IMG/VR virus record: IMGVR_UViG_3300045256_000058
Location: 64,001 to 128,000 of that record
DNA from: a virus
Direction: 5' to 3' (one strand)
DNA: 64,000 bases
In this document: positions 45,029 to 56,126 of the stretch, piece after piece
How the letters are laid out: the number at the start of each line of letters is the position of its first letter
Numbering within the stretch: position 1 is the first letter of the stretch
Program-made: the position numbers and the translations under genes
Notes under the pieces: model-generated
What the model saw: the letters and a program-made list of their open reading frames with translations, nothing else
Database searches by the model: none
Told to the model about the DNA's origin: nothing

Positions 45029-45563
45029 GAGCTAACAATGGAAGAATTAGAACTAGAACAGATTCAAACAGATGAATCTCAACCCGTTAATGATGCTGAT
45101 TTACTAAAGCAATTTGAACACTATTCTGCTGCTCAATTATTGCTCGGTAGCAAGTTGGCTGAAGCCTTTAAGACTCACCCCAATTCAGCCTCTATCGTTG
45201 ATTCGATGTCTGCTCGTATCCCTGATGGCGAGGATTTAGATTTCTACGATGGTATTGCCGCTGGATTACTTTACGCAGCATTAGTCATTCAATCTAATGA
45301 ATGGGAAGATGAAATGCTAGGGAATCTGTCGCTAATGCTAACTGCATTAAGTGAATATACGGATACCCCTGGTTTGGATTTACTGCATGAGTCTGAAGTA
45401 TTAGCACTTCTTCGTCAAGTTCCTGATTTGGATGAGAATTACGACGAAACAATGCAAGAGATTAACGCAATGCTCGATTCAGAAGGTCTGGAACTCGAAA
45501 CTGAGTTGTTTTCCAACGAAGAATAGAGTAGAATGATATAGGGGAGTTCTTACTTCCCTTTTT

Positions 45564-45637
45564 CCCCTCTTCGTTCAATGGATTCAGGACACGGTGCTTC
45601 TAACGCTGGAATAGAGGTTCGACTCCTCTAGAGGGGG
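45564..45637 (+). tRNA. tRNA-Arg(TCT)
   Basis: Acceptor CCCCTCT/AGAGGGG, loop CTTCTAA, T-loop TTCGACT; no encoded CCA. Confidence 0.9.
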
Positions 45638-46583
45638 TTTTATATTGCGGAGAATATTATGGAAAGCGACTTCGATGATAACATTGACGCTCAGTTTTCT
45701 GTGAGTGAAAATGGAGATTTGCTTCTTAATGAAAAAGGTGAAACTAAGTTAAAGGAATTAAAATTACCTTTACAGCCTGCAACTAGAAAAGTATTTTTAA
45801 GGTCATTAGGTTTACCTGCTAAAGAATTTCTGGAGTGGAAAGAAAACAAAAAACCGGAAATTAATGATTCTTTGGTTTTTAATGGTGCAGAATATTACGA
45901 GATAAAAAGACTTCAGTTTCAAATCGAACCTATTATTTATAAGTTCATTTGGAATATGTTTAGAATCTCCCATAAAGATGTTCTTATGATTGTTTATTAT
46001 GACACTTATTTAGATGAAGATGATACAAAAAGATTATCTTTACCTGGAGTAGAATTAATGAACAGAATGAGAGATATTGTTCCAGATTATTTAGTTAGAA
46101 ACGGATTTGTAATTCATGTGGATATTAAAGGGCAACGAGGTTTTGACCCTGATATGATTACCGATGAGTTACGAATTCATATTCTAAGTGATGGCTCTAA
46201 ACCCACAGTAGTAAATCATTGGCGTAGAAAAGATAAAGATGACGACTTCGAGAAGCCTTTCTAGCTATGGAAAACTATACTCCTAAACACACATTCTTTA
46301 GTTCGTTTTTTCGTGACATTCCGGTACACATACATACGAAAGCTAGTATAGACGCAAAAAAGTATGTTCAAGCTGTATATGCTTACCATAAAGACGACTA
46401 TATTAGAAAAGTAATTGTTGTTCCGCATAGAAGGAAAGACGGAATACTAACTGAGTTAGAGGTAAGAGTTAGCTACCTAGATAAACGTAGTGTTGTCGAA
46501 GCAACTAAACAATGTGAAGCAGCAATATACTATGACGTTCTTATAGATGAACAAGTGAAGCGTAATGGTGTCCGATATGTAGA

Positions 46584-47237
46584 TTGTTGGGAACTATGAA
46601 TATATTTCAAACTTGTCAGAGTCCTGTAGTAGCTGCTAATTGGTTGTGTAAGGAGCATTTACATAAAATGCCCGTAGAGAGTGCCCAATTACTTTCCACA
46701 GGACTTCACGAACTCAGCAACGATAGCTACGAGTTCCTAATTAATGAAGTTGGTATCTATAAACCAGTTCATGTTGGTCATCCCTCTAGACTCTGGATTT
46801 CTGAATCTCCGAACAATTTTGCTTGGCTAATTAATCATGCAACTCGGATGTTTGGTATTCGTAAATCGATTGGTAGAAAAGAGCATAAAAGCGAAGCAAT
46901 CATACAGCGAATCTTTCAGTATTTCTCTGAAAATATGATGGAACTTCGATTCAAAGAATCAGGAGTAACTCCTATTCTATTTGCTTTTGGTGATGGTACT
47001 AAACCAGATAAATTTCTAGACATTAAGCAACAGTTTGGAAATATTATTCGTCCCGCTACCAAAACTACTCAAGATTTGTATAGAGCTAATTCTTTTGATG
47101 AAGGCTATCTAGCTTATCAAGAGTATATTCGTAGAAAACAGTTTGAACCTACTACTAAATATGGTAGGGAGCATCACATTCTTCGTAGACCTACGTGGGT
47201 AAACGATACGCCTCCTAAATGGTACTATCCAGTATGA
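46584..47237 (+). CDS. Pyrimidine-dimer glycosylase (DenV-superfamily)-like protein
   Basis: MNIF...H..KMPVESAQLLST...YKPVHVGHPS..W motif. Confidence 0.75.
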   Translation: MLGTMNIFQTCQSPVVAANWLCKEHLHKMPVESAQLLSTGLHELSNDSYEFLINEVGIYKPVHVGHPSRLWISESPNNFAWLINHATRMFGIRKSIGRKEHKSEAIIQRIFQYFSENMMELRFKESGVTPILFAFGDGTKPDKFLDIKQQFGNIIRPATKTTQDLYRANSFDEGYLAYQEYIRRKQFEPTTKYGREHHILRRPTWVNDTPPKWYYPV

Positions 47238-48893
47238 CTGATGAATCCTGTAAAGTTCTGCTTAAAAAAGTAGCAGCACTTCTTAATAAGATTGACGACA
47301 TGATGGCTTATCACGAAGCGATAGAGTTACTAGCTAATACTGAAGAATATTTAGGGTTAGAAAATCTAGTACATGATATTCTCATGCGGAGAGAGAGTAA
47401 TGGCGATTCCTAAAGAAGTCGGTCACTATATTTATTCCAGCGGAGTACTTATCGACTTAATGAATCAAGGTGCTTTTCCAGGTACTATGACTCTTGATGA
47501 GTTAATGGAGCAAGATGAATATGTTTATGCTGTTGTAGCTGGTCAACATCTATTTGAAGTAATTGATGAGATTAAAGACTCCCAATTAAAAGCTGATATT
47601 GAAGAATTGAAGGAAAGGATTGTTTATTTCTAACTATGTCTATTAAACGTATGTCTATTAAACGAACTCAAGATAATTTTGTTAGAGTCTCTTTCTATGA
47701 TGAATCTTTATCAGATGCTTTAAGAAATTTAGCAGATTACATAGAAAGTAATAAATATAATGCTTACTACACAATGACCTCGAACTATAATGTCGAGTTA
47801 CATAAGTGGGAAGTAATTGTATTCTTCATTCCAAATCCAGTCAAATAGGAGTAAATATGTCATCTAAATCATTAGTACCGATTCACGCAGCTAAATTGAG
47901 ACGAATGGCTCAAAATACTCTCGATTCGATACCTCAGTTTCGTGAGCAAGCATTAAATGACTATCTTCAAGATATTTTGAAATCAAGAAATAAAGACCGT
48001 ACTGGTAAAGGTATCTTTGGAAGATTTAATAAACCTTATTCTTCAGTTGAAGATATGCGTGAAAAAGGTGGTATGAGTGACTCTGATGACCTTATCTATC
48101 AATGGATGAAAAGCAATTTATTCAAAGATGATGAAAGAATTGCGCGACAGTTATTACGTGCAGCAAATACATCTCCTGACAAAGAGATTCTTGTTTCCGT
48201 GAGCGATTTAGCATATCTCGTTTCAGATGTCAAGGCTTGACTTTCCACTTTTTTCCATGCTAAGATGCGTTGGGGGACTGGAAAGGAGGCGACGGTTCCT
48301 AAACACACTCTTATTCTTAGTATGAAAATTAGGTTTTACAAAGCTCCATTTCAAATGTTACCGGACATTATAGAGATAGAAACATATTATGAATCGATTC
48401 ACTTATGGTTCTTTCCTCTAAGACGTAAAAATTTTACTTGGTTAAGAATTTCAGTTTTCAAAGCGAGGAAATAATGTATTTCGATTTCTCTCCTGCTCCT
48501 TACAGGTTCCATAAATTCTTACCTGATGTAATAGATGTCAGTATTAAGAATCTGTACTTCGGTTTTTATTTCTATCCATTTTCACAATGGTTATGGAACG
48601 GATTCGGTTATCAAGTTAGAAGTAAAAAGGATTTCACTCTATTTTTTCCTTCGATGAGCGTAGTAATAAATTGGTGAACACAATGAGAATTCGTCTTTTA
48701 CCTGCTGTCAAAACACACGAACCCGATGAAATTCATGTTCTGTTCAATTCGGTAGAAATAACTCTCAAGCAATTGATTTTGCTTTCTACCCAGTAACAGC
48801 TATCACACCACAATTTGAATTTCATTCACTAGGATACGGATACTTTCATCTCTATCTTCCATTAACCGATGTTTATATTAGTTTAGGAAGAGA

Positions 48894-49385
48894 ATGGGCA
48901 GAAAAGTACATGAGTTTTCTCAATCTTTTCAAATTGGGAAGATAGGAGAAACATTAATGAGAGATTACTTTGAAAGTTTAGGTTTTCAAGTATATTCTCT
49001 TAACAAAAAAGAACAAAAAGAATACCTTTATGATTTACGAATATCTAAAGGTAATCGAATTTATGGGGTTGAAGTAAAAACCGAGTTGAAAGGTGAGCAA
49101 ACGGGTAATATCTTTTACGAAACAGAAGTAGATGGTAAACCTGGATGGACTCAAAAATATTCAGATGATTCTAAAGTTGTAATTGTATGGGTATTACCTA
49201 TTTCTCTTAAAGCATATATGCTTCCAGCTTCTAAGTTACTCGAAATACCTTATGAAGACTATGAAAAGAGAGAAGTATTAAATCCTAGATATTCAGCAAT
49301 TGGATATAAAGTTCCTCTTTCAATCGTAAAACCACTCTGTAAAGAAATCGATTTAAGTAAATTTGCGGAGAATTTAGCGGCATGA
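48894..49385 (+). CDS. PD-(D/E)XK endonuclease
   Basis: GKIGE, YD, VEVKTE and TGNIFYE. Confidence 0.7.
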   Translation: MGRKVHEFSQSFQIGKIGETLMRDYFESLGFQVYSLNKKEQKEYLYDLRISKGNRIYGVEVKTELKGEQTGNIFYETEVDGKPGWTQKYSDDSKVVIVWVLPISLKAYMLPASKLLEIPYEDYEKREVLNPRYSAIGYKVPLSIVKPLCKEIDLSKFAENLAA

Positions 49386-50138
49386 GTGATACTATCACGC
49401 ACAGTGTTTATGAAGACATATATAAACAGTATGCGTCGGATGAAAGTACAGACTATGTTCTTGTTAAATATGACGTTACCGTAGGTGATGCGGATTTTGA
49501 TGTCACAGGTCTTGCATTGATAAAACTTTCAGATTGGCTAGACCTAGTAGAAAATGTTCGCCAACATTATGCTAACGATGGCAGAGTATTGGCTGACCGT
49601 TTTGGTGAATCAGATTTTGTTGAATTCGACACATTTGATGATTGGGTATCAAGTTATTCTATTACTTTAGTTCGTAATGGAGATTACGAGGTACTTAGTA
49701 AATACATTCGACCAGGATATAACAGTTCATTCTATTATCCAGAGGATTTAGAAACTGATGAACACATTAAGTGGATGGAAGAACATGGATACTACAGCAA
49801 GCAAGACTAAATACGTTCTTGTTTCCTATGAGGGAGATTGGGCAGATGAAGTAACCGTAAAAGGTTTTATGGCTACTACGTTTGATGCTTGGCAAGAAAC
49901 TATGGAAGAAGTGAAAGAACACTTCGATAAAGGCGGCACTTTAAGTCATAGTATTGGTAGTAACGAAGAGATTGAATACGACCAGTATAGGTCTTGGATT
50001 AGTGATTACAAAGTTCGACCTTTATCTGAAGAAGAGTTTCAAGCTTTTCAATTGGTAAAATCTCTTACTAATGATGACTTAGACTATCACTTTTACTATC
50101 CTGACATTGACGCTTACTTCGAGGAAGATGACTACTAA
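49382..50138 (+). CDS. Two tandem acidic paralogues (49382..49810 and 49758..50138)
   Basis: Shared YVLV.Y, V.G, W.S.Y and FYYP motifs. Confidence 0.7.
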
Positions 50139-50144
50139 TACGGA

Positions 50145-50173
50145 TTGACATAGAAAACATTCTCCTCTATACT
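50145..50173 (+). promoter_or_regulatory. Sigma70-type promoter
   Basis: TTGACA-17 bp-TATACT. Confidence 0.75.
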
Positions 50174-51223
50174 AAGACTATAGGTACAGTACTTGGAGTC
50201 CTAGTGATGAAAAAAAGTGAATTCAAATGTCAGAATGACCTATGGTGGTATAAACCTCCCGTCAGAAGAAAGATGAAAGCTAACGCTCACAAGAGACTAC
50301 GAAGAAAAACAAGCTCAATGCTTAGTCAAAACATTAAGTATAAAGAGCTTGAACGATTTGAGCCTGTAATTTTAGCTACTCGCTAGTAGCCCTGCGGAGG
50401 TCGAAATGGAAAACGGAATTGAGTATTTAGAATCTATTCCGGGATATGAAGGATTAAAAATACCTAGATGGATAGAACACTTTGATGTTTCTAACCTTGA
50501 CTGGGTTACAGACATTTTTCTTCTCGGAATGGAAGAATTAGCAGAGAATGATGAGTACGTGGATTTATTTGATTGGCTTGGTTCAAAAATATTTCCGTAT
50601 GTTGAAGAAGAGTCTCATGTTCTGGAAATTGCTTGGGGATTCGGAGTACTAAGCTCTGTAGATGCTTCTAAGATGTACTATCAAATGCTAGATGGGGAAT
50701 TAAGTGATGGAGAATGAAGAAGATTCTAAACCTCTTGTGTTGGAGGATGTATTAGAAATAATCGTAAACCATATTGATACGTTAGAAAATTTTAAGAGTA
50801 AAGCTTTAGCTGCTGAAATTGAAGATAATGTTAATATCTGGAGTCAAGTTTACGATTTAGGTTTTCGTCTATATCGTATTGAGATTTCCCCAAGACTTAG
50901 GGCATTAGGTATCAGATTTGATTGGTATGACCCTGATACGACAGAGAAAGAGGATATTCTTGCTCTTATTAATGCACTCTCTGAGTTGAAATCAAAACTA
51001 AAGAGGTTAGTATGAGTACGTTACTTGTTCATACAGATACCGACTCTGATATGAAACTTCTAAAAAGAGTTTTAGATTCATCACATTTTCTAGAATTACT
51101 TCAAATCTATACGGATGAAGCTTATAGTAATTCAGGTGATGTAAACCTTGAGTTCGGTAGTGAAGGTAAATACGATGCACTTCACTTTTATGTTTCTCGA
51201 AAGTTAACAGAGGAAGATTTATA

Positions 51224-51880
51224 ATGACGAATCCTAATTATACGCATATTGCTCTTGTTCTTGACCGTAGTGGTTCAATGGGTGCAATTAAAGATGAAAC
51301 TATCGGAGGAGTAAATCTATTCTTCTCTAAACAACGGGAACTTGTAAAACCTGGAACAAAGATTACTGTTACATTAAATCAATTCGATACCGAGTTTGAC
51401 TCTATTTATGATTTTGTAGATATTTCTAAAGTAGAAGATAGAAACTCTAAGAACTACGAACCTAGAGCATTAACTGCTCTCTATGATGCTATTGCAAAAA
51501 CAATTATTCAAGTCGGTAAAAAGCTCTCCGAATTACCTGAAACTGATAGACCTGGCTCAGTATTAGTAGCCATTGTTACTGATGGTGAAGAAAATTCCTC
51601 CAGTGATTATAAAGACTTCAAAAAGATTGCTGAGATGATTAAGCATCAAACTGATGTCTATAACTGGGAGTTTGTATTTATTGGTTCAGATTTGAAAGGT
51701 ATGGAGCAAGCTAGAGAATTGAGTGTCTCCAATCGATTGAATTATAAGGCAACTAAAGAAGGTACTTCTGATGCGTTTGCTAAAGTAGCCAGATATGCTT
51801 CTGCTTATACTATGTCAACTAGAGATGGTAGCTACGAAAAAGGTACATTCTTTAAGGGCGACGAAGATGAGGATAAGTAA
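51224..51880 (+). CDS. Standalone VWA-domain protein
   Basis: LDRSGSM, TALYDA and VTDGEENSS. Confidence 0.88.
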   Translation: MTNPNYTHIALVLDRSGSMGAIKDETIGGVNLFFSKQRELVKPGTKITVTLNQFDTEFDSIYDFVDISKVEDRNSKNYEPRALTALYDAIAKTIIQVGKKLSELPETDRPGSVLVAIVTDGEENSSSDYKDFKKIAEMIKHQTDVYNWEFVFIGSDLKGMEQARELSVSNRLNYKATKEGTSDAFAKVARYASAYTMSTRDGSYEKGTFFKGDEDEDK

Positions 51881-52165
51881 ATGTTACTCGATTATCCTGA
51901 AGATGACAAAAACAAAGATGTCATTCCTGAGTATGTAGAAGATACTACACCAGCAGCTTTAACTCTCGAACAACAATTTCATTACACTACATTCTGTTCG
52001 ACTGTAGATAAGATGAGTCGAGAGCAAGCAATTGATATGCTAAAACAAGTCCATAAGCAAATGCTTCATAAAGAGAACTTATATAAGCATTTTATTAAGT
52101 TCAATTGGGGACTTGGTGAAAACTCATTCAAACCTTCTCTTGGTGATGCCAATGAAACCACTTAG
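51881..52165 (+). CDS. nblA: Phycobilisome degradation protein NblA
   Basis: LTLEQQF...VDKMSREQAIDML....QML.KEN.YK matches the NblA pattern. Confidence 0.88.
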   Translation: MLLDYPEDDKNKDVIPEYVEDTTPAALTLEQQFHYTTFCSTVDKMSREQAIDMLKQVHKQMLHKENLYKHFIKFNWGLGENSFKPSLGDANETT

Positions 52166-52772
52166 ATATTTACTTCCCTTATTTGTAGGGGTAACTCTTG
52201 CAGCATGTAATGGGAATCAAGCTGATACGAATGTTCAACCATATCAGATTCCTATTTCTTCACCTAGTCCTTCCGAGACACCTTCTCCGTCTCCAAGTCC
52301 TAGTGTGTCGCCTTCTCCAGTAGTAGAGAAAACACCTGAGCCTGAAGCTTCTTCTGAATCTGTAGAAACTCCTACAGCTAAAGAAGCACCAGTAGTAAAA
52401 CCTGCGACAAAAACTCCGGTAGCAAAAGCTAAACCAGTACCCGCAGTGAAAGCAAAGCCTACACCTGTTCCTACTCCTGAAATAGTTGTACCTTCTCCTC
52501 CTTCAAACGATACACCAGAGACTTCCGGTACTGATGAGGTTGGTGGTCACGAAGAAGAAGCTCCTACTTATACACCGGAAGCGGAACCCTCTGAGACACC
52601 ATCTCCAAGTTCAGATGATTTTCCTACCCCAACCGAAAGTCCTCAAACTTTTCGTCCAGGTTTTTCTTCTTCGGGTAATCCCGGTATGACTTTAACTCCC
52701 GGTAGTCCCGCAATGGGCTTAGAGCTTAAACCAGATGGAACCACAAATCTTACGATAATATCTCCTTTTTAG
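52152..52772 (+). CDS. Pro/Ser/Thr-rich lipoprotein
   Basis: Signal MKPLRYLLPLFVGVTLAAC with lipobox, then a low-complexity linker. Confidence 0.7.
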   Translation: MKPLRYLLPLFVGVTLAACNGNQADTNVQPYQIPISSPSPSETPSPSPSPSVSPSPVVEKTPEPEASSESVETPTAKEAPVVKPATKTPVAKAKPVPAVKAKPTPVPTPEIVVPSPPSNDTPETSGTDEVGGHEEEAPTYTPEAEPSETPSPSSDDFPTPTESPQTFRPGFSSSGNPGMTLTPGSPAMGLELKPDGTTNLTIISPF

Positions 52773-52832
52773 TCGATTGGTTCATAGTTTACTCCTGTAG
52801 ACAGGGCTTTCGTAATTGGAAGCCCATTTTTT

Positions 52833-52924
52833 GCCCCTGTAGCTCAATGGTAGAGCGGGAAGCTTATATCTTCCGTATGCACCCGATTAGTGCGCGGTTG
52901 GCGGTTCGAGTCCGTCCAGGGGTA
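52833..52924 (+). tRNA. tRNA-Ile(TAT) with long variable arm
   Basis: Acceptor GCCCCTG/CAGGGGT, stem GGAAG/CTTCC, loop CTTATAT, 25-nt variable region. Confidence 0.85.
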
Positions 52925-53800
52925 TCTCTAACTACGAGGTAGTAGTATGGACATAATGGAATTTATTGTCGAAACAATTCGGCAAGATATGAATGATATT
53001 TTAAGTGAAAGACCTACTTACGGTGATACGGAAATAGATGTAGCACATTTAAGAGGTAAGCAAGCTGTAGCCGAAGACATTCTAGAGTTTATTAGAAAGT
53101 ATGTCCCTAACTCAAGTATTAGCTGAACTAGGTTTCAAGTACGAAAATATACTTGCAGATAAATTCAGTGATTATATTAGGTGTGTGGAAGAATTTAGAT
53201 TTGCAGAGGCACTTAGCCTTTTATTTGAGGTCATAAAAAATGAAGCTAAATTACGGTGAAGTTTGTTATAAACAGACTAATTATAATGATTTACAGAATT
53301 TTCTATCTTTTCACATTGGTACTAATGTAGAAATAATGTGGAGAGGAAATGATACCGATGAAACTTACACAGTAGAAAAAGATAATCAGTTTTGGGATGA
53401 GGAAGAGTACAAAGAACTTCTAGCTAGAGAACGTATTCCAGCTAAGAGTTATGGAACGCTAACCATTCCTGAATCGGTTAACTATGAAGAATATGAAGTA
53501 GGTACTCTTCTTGAAGGTCTATGTAGAGAAGGAAAATTAGAAGAAGGTAGTTATTTAGTTACTGTAAGTTGGTAGGAGAGTACATAATGGGAATTGTTAC
53601 ACATGGATTGGCTCAAATTGAGTTTGAAACTTATGCTTCTCAATTTGACCGTAGATTTGATAAGCTTATTGACCGCATTATTGAAGACTTAGTAAACAAT
53701 GGTATTCCTTTTGCTGATAAAGTTACAATGCGGTCTGTTGCTTTAAGTCAAAAAGCAAGAAAAGAAAAAGACTATTTGAACACATTACATAGAGCGAGAT

Positions 53801-54427
53801 ATGAAGCTAATCGGATTCGCGGGTAATATTGAAAGTGGTAAGGATACTGCTGCTGAATATTTCAATACAAAAGATGTAAACAATATTCATTTGAAGTTTG
53901 CAAACGGTATTCGAGATACTGTTGCCGTACTTGCGGGTATTTACAAGGACGATAAATCACACAGAAAACTATTCGATGACCGCAATTGGAAAGAAACTTA
54001 TCCTCTTATGGTTATTGATGGTGTTGTGTTTACTCCGAGAGTTTTAATGCAAAAAGTCGGCACAGATTGTATGCGTCACGGATTGCATGACAATATTTGG
54101 GTAGCAAAAGTACAAGCTGAAATTGATGTGACTCCTAAAGCTCACTTTGTTTCAGTGTCCGATGTTCGCCATCCAAATGAATACACTTGGTTACAGACCT
54201 ATGATACAAGTGTTCTTGTTTATATCGATGTACCAATTGCTTCAACTGATGAACGTACACAACACAGTTCAGAAGCATATCAAGATTTCCTCAAACAGCG
54301 GGCACAAATTATTCTAGCTAATGATAAGACATCAGGTTTAGATGCTTATGCAGAGAAGTTAGAAAAGCTGTATAAGATTATTGAGTCTGAAGAATATTTA
54401 ACCACTGAGGACAAAATTTATGTTTGA
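53801..54427 (+). CDS. Deoxynucleoside monophosphate kinase (T4 gp1-like)
   Basis: GNIESGKDT, FA, TPRVLMQKVGT, DVRHPNE and HSSE. Confidence 0.85.
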   Translation: MKLIGFAGNIESGKDTAAEYFNTKDVNNIHLKFANGIRDTVAVLAGIYKDDKSHRKLFDDRNWKETYPLMVIDGVVFTPRVLMQKVGTDCMRHGLHDNIWVAKVQAEIDVTPKAHFVSVSDVRHPNEYTWLQTYDTSVLVYIDVPIASTDERTQHSSEAYQDFLKQRAQIILANDKTSGLDAYAEKLEKLYKIIESEEYLTTEDKIYV

Positions 54428-55011
54428 GGTTTTGACTACCTATTTGACGCTTCAACCTATTTACTCTGTAGATATTGAAGCAATCGGTTTGATTACACTG
54501 GGCATAGCCTGTATAGGTATTGTTCTAGCTCTTATCTTTAGTGATTAATTATGACTACTGCGGAACGTCAAAAAAGAGTTCGGATTCCAAAAGAACCAAC
54601 TCGTCAATTTATTATCGAGGATATTGCACACCCCGTCATTCAGAACTTTGGTTCAGTTCCCGATGGTTCTTATGTCATTATGTATCGTGAGAAACCTCGT
54701 AAAGATGGAATTCTATTTCACGGACAAAATGAATGGGAAACTACTTATGACTCTACGGCTCGTAAGTACAATCGTAGACTTTTAGGTTTTGTTCCTTTTA
54801 TTTATCGAAAGGAAGAAACTAATCGAACAAAGATTTCTGGCATGGCTACTAATGCTCGTAGATACTATGGAAGTATGTGGAGAGGTATTGAGAAGCTTCA
54901 ATTCTACAGTAGAAGTAAGGGTTACATTCCTCCTGATACAGCGGTAATTGTTCTCTCACCTGAAATAGTTCAAAAGCATCAGCTCGCTAGATATACATGG
55001 TAGTCTAGATA

Positions 55012-55063
55012 AGAGGGTTTCAGCAATTCAACTGCTTTTTATTGCAAAGCCAAAAAACCCTCT
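55012..55063 (+). ncRNA. CAGCAA stem-loop element 1
   Basis: AGAGGGTTT/AAACCCTCT 9-bp stem, CAGCAA, inner GCTTT/AAAGC stem with a 7-nt loop. Confidence 0.7.
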
Positions 55064-55927
55064 GTAATTCTTTTGAGACATTTTCATGAAGACTAAACAA
55101 CTCGACTTGGCTAAATCAGTATTCAAGTTTGAGTCATCAGATAAAACTTCTCTAGATTATCTGGAGTTATGTTATGCGTTCTATCAAGCAGTAAGAAAAC
55201 CTTATGCGCTATCGATGGAAGAATTCGCGGAGGCACTAGATTATGCAGTTCACAGACGAGACTGAAAAACGTGAATACCAACGAACAGTTGAGTTAGAAA
55301 ACGTATCTACGGAAGAGTTAGTAAGATTAATGGTTAAATATACTATTGCCTTACTAAGAAACAAGGATTCGATTACTGGTCGTTTTGCTGCTGAATTAAC
55401 AAATAATAAAGCAGAGCAGACTAGATTAGGTCTAATTACCGATTGCTGTATTATTCCTTACGGTAATGCAAGCGTATCGGATGTAGTTCGTTCCATGATG
55501 TCAGAAATTACTCCAGCAGTAAGTAATGACATTATCTTTCGAGATGCGATGATAGCTTTAATTATCTGGTATGAGTTGAGGCAAGTCGATGAATAGGGAT
55601 ATAGAATGGCGTAATTTTAGACTTGTTACGATGAAAGGCAAAGTAAATCCACTTTATATTCATCTAACTAAATATAAAATTGAGCCAGGTCGTATCGGAA
55701 TGACTGAGACTATGTTCCCAAATCGTAATGAACGAGAAAGCATAGATATAACGTGGTTTGGATTCAAAAATCTAAAGCATGGTTATTGGAAGTTCATTCG
55801 TGAGGGTAAAAAATATTGGCAAGGAAAGTGGGAAAGGTGGGATTGGATTACTCCCCTTTTTAGCATCACTTTAACAGTTAGACGGGACTTATGGACAGAT
55901 GGAACCTATCACTAGATGTTATAGGTA

Positions 55928-55956
55928 TTGACATTAGCTATAAGTTTCGCTAATAT
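55928..55956 (+). promoter_or_regulatory. Sigma70-type promoter of the CAGCAA-RNA / Ro60-like operon
   Basis: TTGACA-17 bp-TAATAT; predicted start falls at the 5' end of element 2. Confidence 0.75.
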
Positions 55957-55962
55957 GATATA

Positions 55963-56025
55963 AGAGGAATTCAGCAATCTACTTATCCCTTTGATTCATA
56001 CTCAAAAACGGAAAAAAATTCCTCT
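55963..56025 (+). ncRNA. CAGCAA stem-loop element 2
   Basis: AGAGGAATT/AATTCCTCT stem, CAGCAA, inner TTTGA/TCAAA stem with loop TTCATAC. Confidence 0.75.
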
Positions 56026-56038
56026 GCTTAAAGATTTT

Positions 56039-56094
56039 GGGGATTCAGCAACTCACTGTATTATTTCGCCAAACTTGGAATAAAAACAATCCCC
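56039..56094 (+). ncRNA. CAGCAA stem-loop element 3
   Basis: GGGGATT/AATCCCC stem, CAGCAA, inner TTATTTC/GGAATAA stem. Confidence 0.7.
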
Positions 56095-56126
56095 TAGTTA
56101 ACCTTCATTGATTTTTGGAGTGTATT

